In this document: positions 27,790 to 41,795 of the stretch, piece after piece
Layout: every line of letters begins with the position of its first letter
Numbering within the stretch: the first letter of the stretch is position 1
Assembly: GCA_028534125.1 (NCBI GenBank)
Contig: CM052816.1
Location: 44,890,001 to 44,954,000, forward strand
Source of the DNA: Lama glama
Taxonomy: Eukaryota
Direction: 5' to 3'
DNA: 64,000 bases
Notes under the pieces: model-generated
Databases searched by the model: none
The model's input: only the letters and a program-made list of their open reading frames with translations
Told to the model about the DNA's origin: nothing
Position numbers and translations under genes: made by a program

Positions 27790-27905
27790 GAAATATGCAA
27801 TGGATATGGAAATGAATATATGTATGTATATACATGCTGGGAACATTGTGCTGTACACCAGAAATTGACACATTGTAACTGACTGTTCTTCAATTTAAAA
27901 AAATT
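27790..27905 (+). mobile_element. Short L1 3'UTR fragment
   Basis: 'tgtgctgtacaccagaaattgacacattgtaactgactgttcttcaatttaaaa'. Confidence 0.8.
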
Positions 27906-28983
27906 TTTTTTTAATGTGCAACAGAACAATGAGGAAACTTTTCTGGGGCTAATTGGTAAGGGAGAAATTTTCTTCTTCCTAAAAAGGAAGAGGAGTAGCA
28001 AAAGAAACTGTATTTCAAATGTTCCTTGATGATTCAAAAGATACAAGAACTTGCTGACATGTGGTCACTCGTTTATGGCTAAGATTAGAAGTGTTAAGTC
28101 ACAATGAGACTTACATATATTCAGGCTAGAGGATTCTCCAAGAGCCTCCAAAAAAATCTCTCTCTTAACAAGATCTGGTACAAATCTCTCTCTGATGATA
28201 CCATAATCACATTGAGTATGAGTGAATTTCAGCAGCTTATTGATGCTTCCTCAACTAAACTAGCACTTGCTGAATGACAGGAGCTTTTCAAAGATGCCCT
28301 TTATCTGTTTCTTTTCAAAGATGCTTTAGTTTTTTGGGGTGTTTTGGTTTTTTTTTTTTTCTGAGAGAAACTCAGAAATATTAGAGCTAGTATTGGGTAA
28401 AATGGATCATAGTTTACACTCAAAGGCCAATGGTTGTTGACTAGTAAATTTGAGTTTTAGATTTAAATACTGAAATAGGATTGCTAAACTTTAAAGTATG
28501 TAAATAATTTTAGAAACTCCAGATTATTTATATACTACAATTTTTTTCACTGAAAGCCACTTAAAATAGCAGAGAAAATACACAATTACAGTGTTTACAT
28601 TACACGTGGAAATCACAACACAGTATTCTGCAATCTTAGCATCAGTGAGAAGAACAATTCTCAAAGGATTCCTTAGCTCATTCCCCTGCCTTCTTGCAAT
28701 ATGAGGACTTTACTATTTCCAAGGTCTTCAGAAAGAAAGAGCCCCCAGCTACCAGTTATAATAATTTTCAAGAGTTATTTCTTTCCCTTTAATATTTATG
28801 TCTAAAGACACACCATTCTGTACTAGCTATGGAAAGTTCAGTTCTGAATTCAAGTTAGAGTTATCTGTGTAAGGGAAGAACTCTTCCCTCCTCCATGTCT
28901 TTACTTTGAATCACAGAGAAGAGAATGCCAGCTGACTCTTTCATTCTCTTGAGGGAGGAAGCATTTGCACTTTTCTCCACCCT

Positions 28984-30048
28984 GCTACAGGCTGAATGTT
29001 TGTGTCTCCTGAATGAGATTAGTGTCCTTATAAAAGAGACTTCAGAGTGTCCTTGCTCCTTCTAACAGGTAAGGACATAAGGAGAATACAGCATCTATAG
29101 CCAGGAAGCGGATTCTCACCTGACTTCAAATCTGCCAGTGTCTTGATCTTGGACTTCCTAGCCTCCAGAACTGTGAGAAATAAACTTTATAGTTTATAAC
29201 TCACCCAGTTTATTTATTCTTATTGACGTATAGTTGATTTACAATGTTGTTAGTTTCTGGTGTACAGCAAAGTGATTCAGTTTATATATATTATATATAT
29301 TCTGTTTCTATTCTTTATAGGTTATTACAAGCTATTGAATATAGTTCCCTGTGCTATATAGTAGGACCTTGTTGTTTATTGTTTTGTTTCTAGTAGTGTG
29401 TATCTGTTAATCCCAAATTCCTAATTTAGTCCCCCTCCTCACCTTTGTTAACCATAAATTTGTTTTCCATGTCTGTGAGTCTGTTTCTGTCTTGTAAATA
29501 AGTTTATTTATATCATATTTTAGATTCCACATATAAGTGATATCATATGATATTTGTCTTTCTCTTTCTGACTTACTTCACTTGGTATGATAATCTCAAA
29601 GTCCATCCATGTTGCTGCAAATGGCATTATTTCATTGTTTCATTCTTTTCTATGGCTGAGTTATATAGTAATATTCCATTTTACACACACAAACACATCA
29701 CATCACATTACATCACATCTTCTGTACCCAGTCATCTGTCTGTGGACATTTAGGTGGTTTCCATGTCTTGCCTACTGTAAATAGTGCTGCTATGAACACT
29801 GGGGTGCATGTGTCTTTTTGAATTAAAGTTTTCTCTAAATATATGTCCAAGAATTGGGTTGCTGGATCAAATGATAACTCTAGTTTTTTAAGGAATCTCC
29901 ATACTGTTTTCCATAGTGGTTGCACAAATTTACATTCCCATCAACAGTGTAGGAGGGTTCCTTTTTCTCCATACCCCCTCCAGCATGTTATTTGCAGTAA
30001 GCCACACCGTTTATGATATTATGTTAAAGCAGCTGAACAGACTAAGCT
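28984..30048 (+). mobile_element. MLT1A/B-like LTR interrupted by a minus-strand L1
   Basis: 'tgctacaggctgaatgtttgtgtctcc...cttgatcttggacttcctagcctccagaactgtgagaaataaa', resuming 'aaagcagctgaacagactaag'. Confidence 0.8.
29213..29996 (-). mobile_element. 5'-truncated L1 3' end
   Basis: Minus-strand ORF 29713-29925 '[14 protein letters not shown]...KDTCTPVFIAALFT'; antisense 3'UTR. Confidence 0.9.
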
Positions 30049-30559
30049 GAACACGTCCCTTATTCTTTTTACCAATGGAAAAGCAGCCATATTAGGCATG
30101 TCCCATGAATCAGAGGTAAGGTTCCTTTGTCTCAAGAGCAGGTAATGCATTCCATTATTTTGCCCTTATTCTATGCAGCAATTTCACTCAGCCTCCGTGA
30201 TAAGGAGATCATGAAGCAAATGACCTTGCAGGACCAGCTAAATCTCTGTCCTTGCTTCTGCAATGTCTTTATCTGCCACTAGGTGTGTAAATCACTAACC
30301 CTTTGCTGAAGGGTTCACTATCTTAAAAGTCAGCATTTTTAAGGCTTCCTACTACTTTGAAGTATTGAACTTCTCAATTATAAATAAGGACATAACAATT
30401 CCTCAGATGATAACTTGTGAAGAATAAATGAGATGATATAAAGTGTTACATAAACAATAAGCACTGTAAGAATACATGCCTCCTAGGAATAATTTTCCTC
30501 ATCTATAAAATAATGGGTTTGGATGAAATTATTTCTAAGGATCCATAAAATTTTAAATT

Positions 30560-31530
30560 ACCCCCAGCCCAGATCTATCTTCTGAATCTCAGACCCTTAA
30601 TCCAACTGTCTAATTATGGACATACATTAGGTAAGTGTATAAATACTTAAATTACTTGGCTATTTCAAAGAGATCCAAATACAGCATGTCTGAAAATTAA
30701 AGTTGTCCTGTTTTTTCATTTTGTTTTGTTTTGTTTTTCTAGTGTTCCCCATCTTGGTAAAGTGGCATGTCATCTACCCGGTGACATAAGCCAGAAACCA
30801 AGAAATTATCCTTAACGCCTTTATCACACTCGAATCCAATTAACAATAAAATTTTGATGATTGTTCCCCCTAAATATCTTTTGAATTGTCCTCAGGTCTC
30901 CATGTAAACTACCATCACCTTAGTTCAAATCAGCATAATCTCTTTGCTTGACTATTGACATCACTTCTAAACTAGGCTCCACATGTCACTGTTTCCATTC
31001 TCTAAATCCTCCACCTCACTAGAAACAGAGTGATCATTTTAAAATACAAATCTCATCATGATAAATATCTGCTTAAAAACATGCAGTAGCCTCTTACTAT
31101 TAATATAAAGATCAAGCCTTCAACGTGCATAAGGAAGCCTCTGCCTCATCCAATGCATATCTCCTTCTGCAGCTTCTCCTCATGCTTTGCTGATGCATGC
31201 TTTCCATTCTCCAGTCCTTCTGCCTTCCTAATTCCTTGAATGGCCCCTGTGCACTTCCCTCATTTACTTGTCATCTCTACTGTTTTGTTCTCAGCTTCAG
31301 TGTTACTTTCTCATAGAAGACTTCTCTGATTCCCCTCACTCTCTTTTCAGGTAAAATCTCTCATTCTATGCTCACTCAGCACTATGTAATTCTCCTGTGC
31401 ACGTCATATGTAATTAATCAATTATGGGATCATTTTTTTCATGATAAACTGAGTCTTTGTAGGCAGAAAATGTGTTTGTCTCAAATTGGCTGTATCCCAA
31501 CCATCTTGTGCCTGCCTGGCATACTTTATG
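30560..31530 (+). mobile_element. LINE-2 fragment
   Basis: 'cccagcccagatctatcttctgaatctcagac...aagccagaaacc...agagtgatcattttaaaatacaaatctcatcatg'. Confidence 0.7.
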
Positions 31531-32059
31531 TATGAAGGAAGGAAGGAAGGAAAAAAGGTAGGGAGGGAAGGAGGGACTGAGGGAGAAAGGGAAATCCTGC
31601 ACATACTGCTAAATACAAAGACAACTGTTATAATCCAAACACAACATCAACGTGAAGAAAACAACATGTTTCTCATGGTGTTCTTTTTTTTTTCAAGGGT
31701 CAGTGTAGACAAAAAAAAAAAAGACCTACGACTTTTGCTTCTATGCAATTTTTAAGTCCCCTTATATGCCAAAGATTTCCTAATTTTTGTTGCCACCTAC
31801 TAATAAGAGTCCCTATAAATAATAATCGCTTATGTCACTGAAATAAAGTCCTTCACAATTTTTTTTAAAGGATATATTTTTAAGGCTATCTACAGCTTGG
31901 ATATATTTAAGAGCATACTAAAAATTAACAGAAGATTACCAAGAAATTCTTTGTTTACACTTGCATGCATTAAGGTAATACTAGCGATCGTACCAAAATC
32001 AAAATTTGTGTGATGGCTCGAATGCAAAAGAAGTTTACTTCTAATGTAAAGTCCAACTT

Positions 32060-32395
32060 ATTTTTTTTCTGAGCAGCAAGGGACCTTCACCTATGTAGCA
32101 ATTCAGGGAGTCAGAGTCCTTCCTTTCTATGATTTCTTATCTCCAACATGTGGTTTCCAAGGCCTCTGGGCCCAGCTATGCCAAGTGGGTAGACGAAGAG
32201 GCTGGAAAATTTTCTGTCAGAATCTACAAGCCAAACCTCGAAATGGAGCTTGTCACTTCTTTTCATAAGACATTGGATAGATCTCCAATGCACGGCTACA
32301 CCTGAGTACAAAGGAGACTGGAGAATGTGGTCGAACTATGTGGTCAAGAGGAAGAGAAACTAGGGTTCAGTGAATAGCTGGTCAGTCTCTACTGT
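32060..32395. mobile_element. Old MLT1-type LTR fragment
   Basis: 'cacggctacacctgagtacaaaggagactggagaatgtggtc' MLT1 motif. Confidence 0.55.
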
Positions 32396-34519
32396 ACTAC
32401 TACCTCTCCAGTGAGATTTCACATTGATCTACTTTCTACCCATTTCCCTTAACTTATTTTTCCTCAAAGGTTACTCTTTAAAAAGTTGACAACTATCACC
32501 AATAACTGAATATTTCAAGTATAATAATATAATTATTATGTACCACATGCAATCTCCACATTACAATACTTGTATAGTAATTTTCCCCTTAACAATAATT
32601 TTATGCAAATGAATGCACATCTTTCCCATTGTTAGCTTTCTACTTATAATTCTTCCTTTCTAAAAAATAGAAAAGGGAAATAGTCGTCATAGGTATATTT
32701 ATAAAGAAGTGTAAAAACAAAGTTAGTAAGAGAATGACTTTAGCTTAGGAAGTATTCATTTCATAACAATCATATAATGAAACTTGAACAACACAACTTA
32801 ATTTATGCACATGGTAAATCTGAATAATAAAATTAGCATTCAGTGAATGTCAGCTACACTTATCTGGATACTAATATTCATTTGCATTAATTGAGAACCA
32901 CTCTCCATTACTGATAGGAGAAAAAAGTGAAACAAAAAAGGAAGATAAAGAGACTAATAAATCTGTCAGAGTGACTATAATGGAGGAAACATGGATATTC
33001 AAGACAGGCTTGGTGTATCCACCTCAATTTTAAGCCAACTGTTTGTACTGGAACACTGAAACTTGCTTCAATGAAACTGCCAAACCAATTTGATTCTCTT
33101 CAAATTTTTTTCACATGGCCTACCCAAATTCTAGAAACATTTCCAAGGACCTAAGGCATCTGAAGGCGCTGTGGAATGTGATATCTTATTAAAATACGTG
33201 AAGGCAATGATAAAATGTCTCCTTGTCCAAGAATTACAGCATCATCTTAAAAATAAACTATTGAAGTATTAAATATATATAAACCTGTAAACCTACACAG
33301 TCACAAACACAAAGAGCAGAAGTGGTTATTCAAATGTAAGAGTGAATCAAGATATTATCTGTGATATTTGACTATGGAATTCAAGCTCCATAAACACACC
33401 AACGAAGACAGGCATATAAGGACAACTGAGTCACTTTGAAACATTAACAGTTGCACAGTAGCCTAAACAGGACTATAGAAGCAGAATGTACATAGATGGT
33501 CAACTTTGTAGCACAATTAAAAGAAGCATAAACACCAGAGTCTGGTTTTTGAACAAACATGGTATGGAGAGAGGATGTGCTGAACCACTGATTGATGCAC
33601 TCTATTTCAGATGTTTATCACACAACTAACCCTACTTGTAATGATTCTGTCCTCATCATGTGGTCTTCCGGTTACAATTTAGTTTCCCATGTAGTTCTGC
33701 CTAAAATGAAAGAATGTCTTAGTCATGCCAACATGAGTAGGTCAGTCCAATTGATGGTCATAGTTCTCACTGTTCATTAGCAATTTGGTCTTAGTTGCTT
33801 GATTACCATAACTCTGATCCTGAGAAATAGATCCACTCTCAGTGTCCAACAAAATCAAATTTCTGATCCTAAAGAGCAAGTCAAAAGACCCTGAGCTGTG
33901 ATGAATACAAGACAATTCTGTCTCGACATGACCAGGACAGCCTGCCAGTCATGTAATCAGTATCATTTCCTTACTACTGGCTTTTCATTCAAATTACAAC
34001 AACCTATGGCACCTGCTAGGCAATGAACTGGTACACCCAAATGAGCAGCATCCCCAAACACACTCAACAACAAGTATACAAATTTTCTGATCTATAACCT
34101 CTACTTTGACAGAGCAGCTCCAGATTAAACTCGTAACAACTTGCTGCCCTTTGATTAGTCCTTTACTCTATTTCAGCTTATTTGCCTATTTTTGGTGGAG
34201 CCCTGACACATGTCTTTCTTTACACAGTAACTTGGAAGAATTTCAAACATGGCTTTAATTTCTTTGTGGAAAAAGTAACATCTCATTGGTACATCAGGTC
34301 ATTTTAAAATCAAACAGTTCTATTATTTATCTTTGTCTTTCCAACTGAATGTCACTGCACTCTATGGCAACAGCCCACAGTCCAAACTGCAGGGTATTTC
34401 CCAAGAATACAGAACCAAGCATGCTGAGGAGAGAACTGAAACTTACAGAAAATATAATGCACATTCTGTCTCTGATCTCTTAACCATAGAGAAGTAGAAG
34501 ATTTTGTAATATGTAAGAC

Positions 34520-34670
34520 AAAAAAGTTGATATTGACCATTGCTTTATATACTAATAACAAAAAAATGCTAATTAAACTATGACATTATGATTACAAGAT
34601 GTATCTTCATTTCAAGGAGTTAATATGTGAACAAAAAAATGTACAACTTAGAATTAATGAACAACAGTAT
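34520..34670. mobile_element. MER104-like Tc2 DNA transposon relic
   Basis: terminal 'aaaaatgtacaacttagaattaatgaacaacagta'. Confidence 0.4.
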
Positions 34671-35964
34671 TGGCTTCAACAGCTTACTGAGCTCCAGATT
34701 CACCAAGGTTGACATCAAATCCAAGACACCATTTATTGACTAGATGTGGTTCAGGAAAAGATTTCAACAGGTCAGAGTGAGTCTCAGAAACTTAGATCAA
34801 TAGTCTGCCTGGTGCTTCTGATTTAGTGCTACCAGTTATGTAAACTTCCACCCACTCACTGACATTTTTGGCCAGAATTCTTTGAATTCTGTACAATAAA
34901 CTTCTAGAGCTTCATTTAAATACATTTCATCTACATGAGGGGACTTTTGGGGGTGATGGATATGTGAGCTCTCCTATTGTGGTGATGGTCCAATGAGTGC
35001 ATACATATGTCAAAACTTACCAGATTGTACACTTTAAATACAAGCATTTTATTTTATGTCAATCATACTGTTAAAGCTCTCATTTAAAATAAATAATGTT
35101 CAGACTGAAAAAAAATAACCAATCTATATAGTTCAATGAACTTCCCTGGGGCTGATCATCAAGTGGAGAAGACAATCACATAAACAAATAATTACACTGC
35201 AATAAGAGATCTGAAAGAGCACTGGGGGAAGGAGGAGGGGGACAGCCACTAGCCATGGGGTGATTATCAAGAATTGGAATTCAAGGACAGCATCCTGGGA
35301 GAGATGATGTCTCTATATGTCTTGAAGTGAGAAAACAGTAAAGAAAAAAACAGCAAGCAGAGAAGGATGAGTCCTCTAAAAATTAGTTTTGGTTGATTAG
35401 TTTCAAAGTATTGTTAAAAATAACATTTTAACCTGCTCCACTATAGTTTCTACTAATGAGAAATATTCAAGGACACATGTTCTTTTCACATATATATTTA
35501 TTCCCTTTTCTTTTTTTAGACTTCATTGTTAAATGTTTTTGCTTTGTGGATAAAGTATACATGATCATGAACTATGCCAAAGCTAGGTGAAAACAAAAAA
35601 TTATTAGTATCTAATTAATTCAGCAGTGACAAATTGAGTCTGCACACTTGGGCATAATTCGAGGAGATACCTGATGCTACCTGGTAACTATATACATGGT
35701 AGAAACCCCTGAGAAAATCATTTTGAATGGGGTCCCGGATCCCTAAAAATGCACTAGACTGTAACACCACAATTCCTTACATAGTTGAAAGCATGCAGTC
35801 TTTGTATATAATCTGGTAACTTGTTAACAATAATACAGTATGAATTTAGTCATCAATGCTATATTTGACATGCAAATGCATGATTGCCCTGTATCAATGT
35901 GTTCTGAAAGCTTCAACTTCTGTTTACTTAGTCACTCCTTGTGCTCCATGTCTGAGCACAAAAT

Positions 35965-36880
35965 TGCATTAATTCCCTCAGTCTGCTGTAACAAAATACC
36001 ACAAACTAGAAGTCTTAAAGTAACAGAAATTTATTCTCTTAAAGTTATGGAGGCTAGAAGTCTAAAATTAAGGCATCAGCAAGGCTATGCTCCCTTTGAA
36101 GATTCTAGGGAAGAATCCTTCTTTGCCTCTTTCAGCTTCTGGTGGTTGCCAGCAATCCCTGGTGGCGTTCCTTGACTTGTAGATATATCCCTTCAATCTC
36201 TGCTTCTGTCTTCACATGACCATCTTGCCTGTGCGTTTGTGTTTTTGTGATTTTACATGGCCTTCTTATAAAGTCACCAATAATTGACTTTAGGATCCAT
36301 CCTAATTCAGTATGACTTCATCTTAACTAATTATATTGCAAAGATCTTATCTCCAAGTAAGATCACACCCTGAGGTTCTGAGTGGACATGAATTTTGGAA
36401 GGACACTATCCAACCCAATCTAGTTCACCTCAACCCTCCCCCCAAATTTATGTCTATACCACATGCAAATTACATTCATCCCTATCTCAATATCCTCAAA
36501 AGTCTTAAATATTTTTAGCATTAATTCTAAATTCAAAATATCATCTAAATATCAATATGAAAAGTTCCAAATCTAGTCATATAAATCAGGTATGGGTGAG
36601 GTTCTGGGTCAGTCCATTGTGAAACAAAATTTCTCTCTAGCTGTGAATCTGAAAACTAAAACAGAAGTTCTCCTCTTCCAAAACACAATGATGGTCCAGG
36701 CATAAAATAGATATTCCCATTACAAGAGGAAGAAAATGGAAGGCACAAAGGAGTCACAGCTCCCAAACAAGTCCAAAATTCAGTAAAGGGAAATTCCACT
36801 TGGTTTCAAGGCCTGAGAATAACTCTCTCTGTTTTGATGCTTTGTCCTCTGGGACCTCCAGGGCAGCCCTGCCCTTTTGG
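35965..36880 (-). mobile_element. MLT1 LTR + adjacent MaLR internal sequence
   Basis: 'ctgctgtaacaaaataccacaaact...cagaaatttattctct...ggaggctagaagtctaaaattaagg...gacactatccaaccca', followed by internal-type sequence. Confidence 0.8.
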
Positions 36881-37834
36881 TCACTAATTTTGAAGTCATT
36901 TTTTTAATCACAGATAAATATTACCTAATAGACAGGTAGAAACTTAATAATCTGAAAAAAGTACTTTATTGGCATAAAATACATGTCTTATCCACCTGAC
37001 AGAATCTAGGCCAATGTACTGCAACTTAAATCTTCATCAACTAGTTTTTAAAAAAAAAAAGAAAAAAGAAAATTACAGAAACAGAAAGTTGCAACTTTTA
37101 TACTAATACATATTTTTTCTCTTCAGGGCTATAAGGAACTTGGAAAAGCCCAAATTTTCTTAATCTAAGCATCTGGTATCTTTCTTCCAAACACATCTAA
37201 TAAATTGCAAAAATGCAGCAGAATTTTGCTGTCACCTTTCAGTACCCTAGGGCTAGAAATCCAACTCTGCTACATAGCACTAAAATAGAAGAACTGTAGA
37301 TAGTTAAGGACAAATTTAATGAATTACAGAATTAATATAAAATAGTACCTAAAATTATGGTATCAAATAAAATGGAAAATAATTCACAGCTCTTCTTAGA
37401 GAAACTTGGGTCATAAATTAATAAACATTAATATACTATATAAATTTATATAAAGTACACCTTAATAATAATATAATAATAGTGTATATACTTGAGATGG
37501 AGACACTAAGTACAGCATATGTTATTCATGGTCAAAAAGTCTCATATTGCTTTTATTATAATTTATCTATTTCATAAATTACCTTTACAGCTACAGCTAC
37601 TAAGGAGTTGTCTTAACCAAACAGAGTGTTTTAGTGCTTATTTTTCCTCCAGTGCATTATATTACTTTGAGAATGTCATTCAACTTTACCTGAATACTTT
37701 AGTTCTATTTTCATCTGTGGACACTGATTAGCTGAGGCTTAGAATTTCCTAATGCTGTATTATATTGCCATGTAAAGCAATCATTAACTCATTTGTTCCA
37801 TTTATGCCTGACAGGTAGACTGGCTTATTAATTG

Positions 37835-38368
37835 TTATAATGGCTAATGTATATGTCAATTTGACTGGGCCACAGGGTGCCCAGATTTTGGGTCAAACAT
37901 CATTCTGGATGTTTTGTGAATGTATTTTGGGTGAGATTAACATTGGTAGACTTAGTAAAGTAGATTGTACTCCCTGAAGTGGTGAGCCTCATCCAACCAG
38001 TTGAAAATCTAAATAAAACAAAGGGGTTGACTTTTCACCAAATAAGAGGGTTCTTCCTGCTTGACTGCCTTCAAGCTGGGACATGGGTTTTTTTCCTGCC
38101 TTTTGACTCAAACGGAAACATTAGCTCTTCCTGGGTCTCAAGTCTGTCAAACTTCAGACTGGAACTAAATCATCAACTCTCCTCTAACTTCAGCTTGCAG
38201 GCTAACCTTGCATATCTTGGATTTGCAAGCTCCCATAATTGTGTAAGCCAATTCTTTATTACATAAGCACCACAACATATATGTGCCTGCACACACACCC
38301 ACACACCCTGTTGGCTCTGTTTCTCTATTTCACATTCTGTTTCTCTGGACAACCCTGACTAATACACA
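37835..38368 (+). mobile_element. MLT2 (ERVL) LTR
   Basis: 'tgtcaatttgactgggccacagggtgcccagattttgggtcaaacatcattctgg...tctgtttctctggacaaccctgactaataca'. Confidence 0.85.
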
Positions 38369-38419
38369 TATGTACTTCAACTCATGTTCTCTTGCCCTCA
38401 CCTCTGCAGTCTCAGCTAG

Positions 38420-38842
38420 GGAAGACCATAGCTTTGAGAGCTTTGAATAAATTTATGCTGATAGTGTCTTCTGCAAGTACTACCCTATCTCCCTAATTTC
38501 TGGATGGTACATTAACTCCATGGCAACTCAGGACTTGGAAGTGTAAGAGAGTTAAGAACCTTGCACGTAATCCTCAACCAATGAAGGACAAAAGCTGATG
38601 GATAAATGCATTCACCTTTGGTCTGGGAAGATGTGTTTCCATGGAGGTCCTGGTAAAGCCAAGCCTCCAACACTTATAGCAGTGACCTCAGTAACACACT
38701 CTTATACTGGCTTGTTCTCCTTTCTTATTTTTATTCTTTCTGCTGCTTCATCTTGGCTCCCTAGAATTAACTTTCAAATAAACTACCTGCACACAAGTCT
38801 TTAACTCAGGCTCTGCTTCCAATAAAGTCAAAGCTAAGACAA
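38420..38842 (+). mobile_element. ERVL LTR16/LTR33-like fragment
   Basis: 'aaataaactacctgcacacaagtctttaactcaggctctgcttcc...aagctaagaca'. Confidence 0.6.
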
Positions 38843-38899
38843 CTGATTTTAATTTGAAACAATGTAACAAAAGGTGAAAGATTAGCTTCACAAAAAAGG

Positions 38900-41758
38900 T
38901 TTTCGTGACATCAGTGAAAATAGCAAATAATGACCTCTGAAAATTCTCTCCTCCATAAAAGCAGGAGAAATATTGGCAAAAATTGTCAGATTCAATTTTT
39001 TCAGAACATTACAAATTAACCAAAGGCTTATAGCAAACTGAGGAGTGTTTATTCAAGAAAAATAGCTGAATCTTGACAAGATCAGTGAATTTTGTGACAT
39101 CTGGAGTTGCTCTATTTTCATTCCTTCCTCTGCAAAACCATGGTAATCTTAAACGCCAAAAATCTGCATTTATGGTGAAAATCAGCAGCCTGGCAGCCGC
39201 TGGAGGGAGAAAACATAGCTGAAGTGCTTACAAAGTTCCATCCCCAGACAAATTTCATTATTTGACCTGTCTGGTGATTCCTTCAAAGAGCCCACTACCA
39301 AGACTGGCTTTAAGTTACCTGACTCAGAGCCTGCTCATTGCAGAATAGCCTTTATCCTAGGGATGTCTGTTGAAAACAGTCAGAAGCAACTACTGAACAA
39401 ATCAGCTACCTGAGGTAGTGGATTATGATTGAGAAAAACAATAAGCTAATCAAAAAGTCTGAAAAGAAAATAAGGAAAATATGGGGAACAAGATGTCCAC
39501 CTTTGAAAAGCTCTGAAATATTCCTGGGAATCTAGAAGGTCTTAAATGAATAGGACTGTGCATATGACCAAAGATGTGCATATACTCAAGAAAAGACCTG
39601 AGAGGAACATAAACTCTCACCTGTCTGACTTTGACACTCTGCACAAGCAGTAAGTGAAGGCTGAGGCAGAGTTGTCAATGGCTAAGTGGTGAAGACATGC
39701 CCCATAACATAGAGCCCCTTAGAAATAACTGGGAGACTTAATGGTTCTAAAAAATCTAAGGAAATATCAGATGAATCATCCTCTTACCACAGAGCTTATT
39801 GAACAGAGACCTCAGTGGATACATATGACAAAGAATACAGACATTAAAGAAATCATTAAGAAAAGTTGTTAAACAAGCAGGTAACAGCAGCAACAACAAA
39901 TACTGGGAAGAATCTGATTTTTTAGTTGCTGCATTATATTAAATGTCTGGTTTTCAACAAAACATTAAGAGATATGCAAATAAACAAAATAATATGGCAC
40001 ATACACAGGGAGAAAAAAGGCATCCAATTGAAATTGCTCCTAAGAAAGCCCAGATGTTGGACTAAGCAAATATTTTGTATTAACTATTTTAAATATGTTA
40101 AAAAAGAAATTAAAAGAAATGATGTTCAAAAAAAACTAAACAACAGTATGGAAATGAGATCTCACCAAAGCCAGAATATCAAAGAAGAGATAGAAAAAAA
40201 CTTTTTAAGAAACAAATAAAGATTCTGGAATTGAAAAGTACAAGACCTGAAATTAAAAATTTATAAGGAGGGCTCAACACCAGATATGAACAGGCATAAG
40301 AAAGAATTAATAAACTTGAAGATAGGTCAATCAATATTATCTAATCTGAAGAACAGAGATTTTAAAAGAATAAAGAAAAGTGAACAGACTTAAACCTGGG
40401 GACATGACTGAGCATGCAACCATACATTTAATAGGAGTCTTAGAAAGAAAGGAGAGAGAAAACAAGGAAGAAAAAAAATTTTGAGGAAATCATTTCCAAA
40501 AACTTCTCAAATTGATGAAAAACATTAATCTATGCATCTCAGCCAAGAACCTCAATGAAATCCAAGTAGGATGAACTTACAGGGATCTATACCTTTGACA
40601 CCTGCTGAAAGTTAAAGACAAAGAAAGAATCTTGAATGAAGCAACAGAAAAGTAAATCTTTATATGGAAGGACCCTCAAAAAACTTGAGTCGATTTCTCA
40701 TCAGATACCATGGAGACAGGAAAACAGTGGAATGACATGTTAAAGTGCTGAAAGAAAAAGACTGTCAATCAAGAATTCTGTATATAGTAAACCTATCACT
40801 CAAAAATGAAGGAGAAATTAAGACATTCACAGATAAACAAAATTTGAGGAAATTTGTTGCTAGCAGATCTGACTCAGAGGAAATGTGAAATGAAGTCAGT
40901 CCTTCAGGTTAAAATGAAATGACACTAGACAATAACTCAAGTTTACATAAAGAAATAAAATATACTGGTAAAGCTAACTACATAAGTAAATTTAAAAGAC
41001 ACTATAAATGTATTTTTATCTTATCACTATTTTTCTCTTATATGATTTAAAAGACAAGGGCATAAAGCCATAATTATAAACTTGTATCCATGGGCATACA
41101 TGCTATTACTGACCTTAAAGAAATTTTTTAAAATTATTAGGAAATACTCTCACTAATTATATGCCAACAAATTAGATAACCTAAATGAAATGGACAAATA
41201 CCTAAAAAAGACACAAACTACCAAAAATTACTGAAGAACCAATGGAAAATATAAATATACCTATGACAAGTAATGAGACTGGAATAGTAATTTTTAAAAT
41301 TTTTCACATAGGAAACCCCAGGACAAGATATCTTCACTGTGAATCTACCAAATATTTAAAGAAAAAAATAACCAATAACCAACCTTTTACAAATTTTTCC
41401 AAAGAAAATATAAAAATAGAAGAGGAGAGAACACTTTCCATTTCATTCTATCAGGCCAGAACAACTACCCTGATATTTTAAAAAACAAAACAAAGACATT
41501 ACAAGAAAAGAAAACTAAAGTGCAATGAGCTTCACAAATACAGGCACAAAAATTCTCAATAAAATGCTTGCAAACCAAATCCAACAACTTATAAAAACGA
41601 TTATACATTATGACCAAGTGGGATTTACACAAAGAATGCAAAGATCCATTCAACATATGAAAATTGATCAGTGTAATACACCAGAGAAATAGAATAAAGG
41701 ACAAAAAAGAACCATTTCAGAAAATGCATTTGACAAATCCAACAGCCTTTTTTGATTT

Positions 41759-41795
<37 letters not shown>

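Noticed and set aside
28284..28324. 14-bp direct repeat cttttcaaagatgc
   Set aside because: Small local duplication with no intervening element or other support.
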